In this document: positions 55,244 to 58,688 of the stretch, piece after piece | How the letters are laid out: each line of letters begins with the position of its first letter | Position numbering within the stretch: the first letter of the stretch is position 1 | Source: a virus | Taxonomy: Duplodnaviria; Caudoviricetes | Strand: one strand, 5' to 3' | Length of the DNA stretch: 58,688 nucleotides | IMG/VR virus record: IMGVR_UViG_3300020125_000336 | Location: 1 to 58,688 of that record | Made by a program: the position numbers and the translations under genes | The notes under the pieces: model-generated | The model's database searches: none | The model's input: the letters and a program-made list of their open reading frames with translations, nothing else | Told to the model about the DNA's origin: nothing

Positions 55244-55404
55244 GCATTGCACTTCTATTGTGGATCATTATGATCGTCGGCCTGTTATTCGGTGTTTACA
55301 CCAATCGCACCTCGCTCCCGGCGTGGGCTGGCAACAGTCTTGTCCAATGGGTGCTTTTTGCCCTCCTGGGCTGGGCTGTCTTTGGGGCTGCCGTTCACCG
55401 ATGA
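55240..55404 (+). CDS. 54-aa membrane protein with two hydrophobic segments
   Basis: Hand-translated MSIALLLWIIMIVGLLFGVYTNRTSLPAWAGNSLVQWVLFALLGWAVFGAAVHR; ATGA overlaps at both ends. Confidence 0.75.
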   Translation: MSIALLLWIIMIVGLLFGVYTNRTSLPAWAGNSLVQWVLFALLGWAVFGAAVHR

Positions 55405-55949
55405 AATGGCTCCAGCCAATTTTGCTTCTGACGGCGCTGCCGGTGCTGGCGCAAGTGCCGCCGTTGCCGCCGATGCCGGTTAAATTGCTTTCTCCCAAGC
55501 ACGCTGAACACGTGGCATCCCTTGGCAAGACCATGGTTAAGGCTGCTGTGACAGCCCCGGCGCAGAACTTCCTGATGCTCACGTGGAATTACCCTTCTAA
55601 TCTGGTCCCGTTGGTCGTGTTTGAGATCTATCACGCCACGTACTTGAACAGCTTTCCGGCTTTGACCAACCAGCTCCAGATTCCATCCGGGTTTACGCTG
55701 TTGCTGGAAGTGACTGGAGGAACCAATTGCCTGATCCAGCCACAGATGGCAATGGAGTTCTTCATCGTTCGGGCCCGGGACATCGCCACGGGGGCACACA
55801 GCGCCTGGAATGCGGCAGCGGCAATGACGGGGGCCTTGGAACGAGTGGTGATGGTGACGCCCACCAATGGCCAAGTCGTCTCAAACACAATCACGCTGGA
55901 GGCTCAGGTCATCACTTTGGACCCTCCTTTCACGCTTGCCCTGAAATAA
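55401..55949 (+). CDS. signal-peptide protein with an FN3-like beta domain
   Basis: MKWLQPILLLTALPVLAQ; LTW...FEIY...FFIVRA...SAW. Confidence 0.65.
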   Translation: MKWLQPILLLTALPVLAQVPPLPPMPVKLLSPKHAEHVASLGKTMVKAAVTAPAQNFLMLTWNYPSNLVPLVVFEIYHATYLNSFPALTNQLQIPSGFTLLLEVTGGTNCLIQPQMAMEFFIVRARDIATGAHSAWNAAAAMTGALERVVMVTPTNGQVVSNTITLEAQVITLDPPFTLALK

Positions 55950-55952
55950 TTT

Positions 55953-56291
55953 ATGAAGAAAACACTGTTGATCCTCGCCTTGTCACTTCCCCTGTGGCTG
56001 GGCATGACGTGCTCCCCCTCGGCGCAAACCACGGCCTACAACACCCTGGCCACCACCGGCATCACGGTGAACACGGCTTACACGACGTATTTGAATCTGG
56101 TGGTTACGGGCAAAGTGGCCACCAACAGCGTTCCAGCTGTCAGCCAAGCTTACAACGACTTCCAAACCGCTTATGGCGCGGCTTTGACCATCGCGCAGTT
56201 CAACCCCAACGCCATTGCCCCCTCCAACGTGGTGGCATCGGCTAATGCCTTAGTGGCCAAAATCAACCTGACAGAAGGAAAGGCACCATGA
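55953..56291 (+). CDS. putative lipoprotein
   Basis: Signal peptide ending in LGMTC; Ala/Thr-rich helices. Confidence 0.7.
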   Translation: MKKTLLILALSLPLWLGMTCSPSAQTTAYNTLATTGITVNTAYTTYLNLVVTGKVATNSVPAVSQAYNDFQTAYGAALTIAQFNPNAIAPSNVVASANALVAKINLTEGKAP

Positions 56292-56521
56292 TGAGCGCAG
56301 AAATGATTGTGCAGTTGATTCTCCAGCTTGGCATCCCCATCGCGGAGCAGATCTGGAAGATGTTCGCCACGCCCGGATACACCCCCACGCAGACCGATTG
56401 GGACACCCTCAAAGCCCTCTCGGCTAAAACTGCCCGTACCCGCATGCTGGAGGCCCTGGCAGCCAACGGGATCGACCCCACCAGCCCTCAGGGCTTGGCT
56501 TTGCTGGCTTTGACCCCATGA
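56288..56521 (+). CDS. hypothetical protein
   Basis: ATGA-coupled. Confidence 0.7.
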   Translation: MMSAEMIVQLILQLGIPIAEQIWKMFATPGYTPTQTDWDTLKALSAKTARTRMLEALAANGIDPTSPQGLALLALTP

Positions 56522-56751
56522 CCAAAGAAGAGCACGAAATTATGATCTGGTTCAACACCCGGGCGCTGGTTGAGGCTCACAAGCGCAGGGACGAGGACGC
56601 CATGCGCTTTTACAGCCAGCAAAAGCAAAGGTTAAAGAAGCAGCATTACTGTGCTGATTGCTTCACCCCCATCAACGGCAACTCCACCCGTTGTCTCCTG
56701 CACGCCAACAAACACAGGTATTGGGCAAGGAGGCTCGTTGAGTCCTCTTGA
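56518..56751 (+). CDS. small zinc-binding protein
   Basis: YCADC...RCLLH. Confidence 0.6.
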   Translation: MTKEEHEIMIWFNTRALVEAHKRRDEDAMRFYSQQKQRLKKQHYCADCFTPINGNSTRCLLHANKHRYWARRLVESS

Positions 56752-56897
56752 ACACATGATGTATGCGCTGGGCCAGATGGTTATGGCCGACGCCGCCATC
56801 ACGCCGGGATGTATCCCCAACATTGCCACAGCTGAATTACACACTTCAACGTTCCACCTTTTGGCGGCTATCGCTGAAATCAATAATCCGCAAATCA

Positions 56898-57140
56898 ATG
56901 AGCCAGGAAACATCCAACAAACTGCACCAAATATTCATTGTCCTGATCCCGTCGATTCCGGCGTTACTGGCGTGGGTTAGCTCTTTATCCAACAAAAAGA
57001 AGCTCCACGAGATCCACATGCAGTTTAACTCTCGCTTTGACGAGATGATCCAGGCGGTGAAAACCACTGCTCACGCCGCTGGTAAAAAAGAGCAGCAGGA
57101 AGAAGATCGAGCGCGACAATCCCCTGGTCACGGTTTGTAA
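56898..57140 (+). CDS. single-TM membrane protein (holin/spanin-like)
   Basis: Start at ATG 56898; hydrophobic segment followed by EIHMQFNSRFDEM coiled coil. Confidence 0.6.
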   Translation: MSQETSNKLHQIFIVLIPSIPALLAWVSSLSNKKKLHEIHMQFNSRFDEMIQAVKTTAHAAGKKEQQEEDRARQSPGHGL

Positions 57141-57175
57141 AGGTCGCCCGGAGCCGGATACCAGCATTAACTCGC

Positions 57176-57268
57176 TCATAGCCCCAGACTCCGCCACAGC
57201 CAGCGCACCAGCTCACAGCAGGCGTAACCCATGGCAAAGGCGATAAGTACTACTAGCTGATCGTGCAT
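57176..57268 (-). CDS. 30-aa membrane peptide (paralog of 1860..1952)
   Basis: Hand-translated MHDQLVVLIAFAMGYACCELVRWLWRSLGL. Confidence 0.7.
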   Translation of the reverse strand: MHDQLVVLIAFAMGYACCELVRWLWRSLGL

Positions 57269-57279
57269 AAAATGTAACC

Positions 57280-57303
57280 CCGGAGCCGGGGCGCTTCGGT
57301 TTT
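57280..57303 (+). terminator. possible terminator of the rightward late operon
   Basis: CCGGAGC/GCTTCGG stem followed by TTTT, between convergent operons. Confidence 0.4.
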
Positions 57304-57677
57304 CATGGTTTGCCAATAATGTGCATGAATTGCTCTTTGCTCCGCACCTCCACAATCTCGTGGCCCAACTTATGGGCCCAGGCCCTTAGAATCTGCTGCG
57401 CCTTGGTCAGCTTGCCGGTCTTGGACTTTGCTTCGATGATGAAAACTCTGCCCCGGCTCCCCAGGATGATGAAGTCCGGTGAGCCCACTTCCAGGGTGCT
57501 GGGCCGGTCCATCCGGGCGTGAATCGTGATCCAGCCCCGGTGACGGCATTCAGCCATGATGGCATCGTGCAGGTCTCTCTCCTTCTCCACGCAGACGTAG
57601 CTGGCCGGGATGGGTTTGGTCTGTTTTGCCAGACGGGCCAGGGCTGACATGTATTCCGCATTGGTCCAGGCGCTCAT
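57303..57677 (-). CDS. VRR-NUC domain nuclease
   Basis: ERDLHDAI...GSPDFII...IEAKSKTGKLTKAQ; ATGA-coupled start at 57677. Confidence 0.9.
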   Translation of the reverse strand: MSAWTNAEYMSALARLAKQTKPIPASYVCVEKERDLHDAIMAECRHRGWITIHARMDRPSTLEVGSPDFIILGSRGRVFIIEAKSKTGKLTKAQQILRAWAHKLGHEIVEVRSKEQFMHIIGKP

Positions 57678-57970
57678 TTCTTTGGCTCTAGCTCCAGCAC
57701 TGCTCGGCACATGATGACCGTGGGCTCGGTTTCATCCTCCCAGGTTGGCCACAATGCCTTGAGCAATTCAAGCCCAGCCGCATTGTGCCGCACAAATCCT
57801 TTCTTAATCGCCTCACTGATGGGTGCAACCAAGGCCACCCCGGCAGGATAGTTCCAGGCGATCATGGCCACGGTCTCCGGGTTCTCCTTGCGCCACTTCT
57901 CGGCGTTCTCCCACATGGTCTGCAATTGGGCTACGTATTTTTTTTCCTGTTCTTTGTCTTTGAAATTCAT
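57674..57970 (-). CDS. hypothetical protein
   Basis: Coupled to VRR-NUC; overlaps the exonuclease tail. Confidence 0.65.
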   Translation of the reverse strand: MNFKDKEQEKKYVAQLQTMWENAEKWRKENPETVAMIAWNYPAGVALVAPISEAIKKGFVRHNAAGLELLKALWPTWEDETEPTVIMCRAVLELEPKK

Positions 57971-58561
57971 TTTCCTCCTTCAGCTTTTGGAATTGTTCGC
58001 ACCATTGAGAAACAAGGCAGTACGACTCGCATCTGGTGTTGACCCCGGGCCGATGCACCACGTAGTGCCCTGCGCCGGTATCAGCTGCCGCTCTTGCCTC
58101 TTTCGAGGTATCCATCAGCAATACTGCTCTTTTGCGTCCAGGGGCCATTACAGCCCACTTGTCCGGTTTGGCCCATCTTTCCAGCGGGGAGCACTCAGGA
58201 AGGGTCGTCCTGGCCATCATGTGCAGCGTGAGCCGTTCGCAGACAAAGCCATTTTGCTCCTCCGCTGACCACAACTTCACCGGGAACACCTGCACTTGCA
58301 TTTGTGGGTAGTCTCGATTCCGCCGCGCCTCAGCTACGCTCCAATCTCTGTAGATGGCCACAATCTGCGCAGCCTTAATGTTCATGCCGTTCTCCCGCGC
58401 CAGGAACGCAAGGCAGTTAACCTGTTGCTCGTGCTCTGGTTTCACGCCGTGAACAGCTGCCCACAAAGAAGTCACTTTGTAGTCAACTATTTGTTCTTCG
58501 TGCATGAGATCCACTTGGCCTGAAATGGTTTTGCCCATAACCTCTGCTCTTAACCGCTTCT
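57813..58561 (-). CDS. 3' part of the PD-(D/E)XK (Cas4-like) exonuclease
   Basis: EKRL...ISGQVDL...IVDYKVTS, QQVNCLA and C-terminal Cys cluster RCESYC...C. Confidence 0.85.
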
Positions 58562-58688
58562 CAGAAAATCCTTTGGTCACTGAACGCTCCAGTATCAGGT
58601 GTCCGATTTGGCCCAACAGCGAAAATATCCGGTCTGCGGCATCTTCAACCATTTCATGGGCGTGTTGGTGTTTGAGTGCCACAATCCG
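58562..58688. repeat. Terminal direct repeat, copy 2 (circular assembly overlap)
   Basis: Identical to 1-127. Confidence 0.95.

Noticed and set aside
57813-58688. Cas4 as part of a CRISPR-Cas locus with the RAMP gene
   Set aside because: It lies about 13 kb away in the recombination operon, and solo Cas4-like exonucleases are common in phages.
58562-58688. Biological terminal repeat
   Set aside because: 127 nt is a common assembler k-mer overlap, and the join falls inside a gene.
1-58688. Alternative genetic code, tRNA genes or a diversity-generating retroelement
   Set aside because: Genes tile densely under the standard code, and I saw no cloverleaf, reverse transcriptase or template/variable repeat pair by eye; tRNAscan was not run.

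Overview
This window looks like a complete circular dsDNA tailed-phage genome of 58,561 bp, because bases 58562-58688 exactly repeat bases 1-127 (an assembly overlap). It encodes a terminase large subunit, portal, scaffold, major capsid protein, short-tail (podo-like) nozzle/adaptor candidates and very large putative ejection proteins. It also carries four HNH-type endonucleases, a PD-(D/E)XK exonuclease, an ssDNA-annealing protein candidate, a five-gene sugar-modification cluster, a PurD-like ATP-grasp enzyme and several signal-peptide, Thr-Asn-rich adhesin or beta-helix proteins. I recognised no integrase, DNA polymerase, primase/helicase or endolysin. The host may be Verrucomicrobiota, but that is inference only. 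The standout feature is a solo Cas7/RAMP-like gene (13885-14577, minus strand) with no other cas genes or CRISPR array. It is followed at once by a 758-nt non-coding array with strict 5-nt periodicity: 146 elements of N-G-[C/T/G]-N-N, grouped into 28 GGY-initiated units of mostly 21, 26 or 31 nt. This suggests a phage RNA-guided system with a non-contiguous guide code. Other notable signals are tandem H-type pseudoknots upstream of the capsid gene, two branched structured intergenic RNAs, leaderless promoters with mini-ORF translational relays, several dispersed paralog sets, and a C-terminal motif shared by the scaffold and a HAD enzyme. All calls were made by eye, without database searches.
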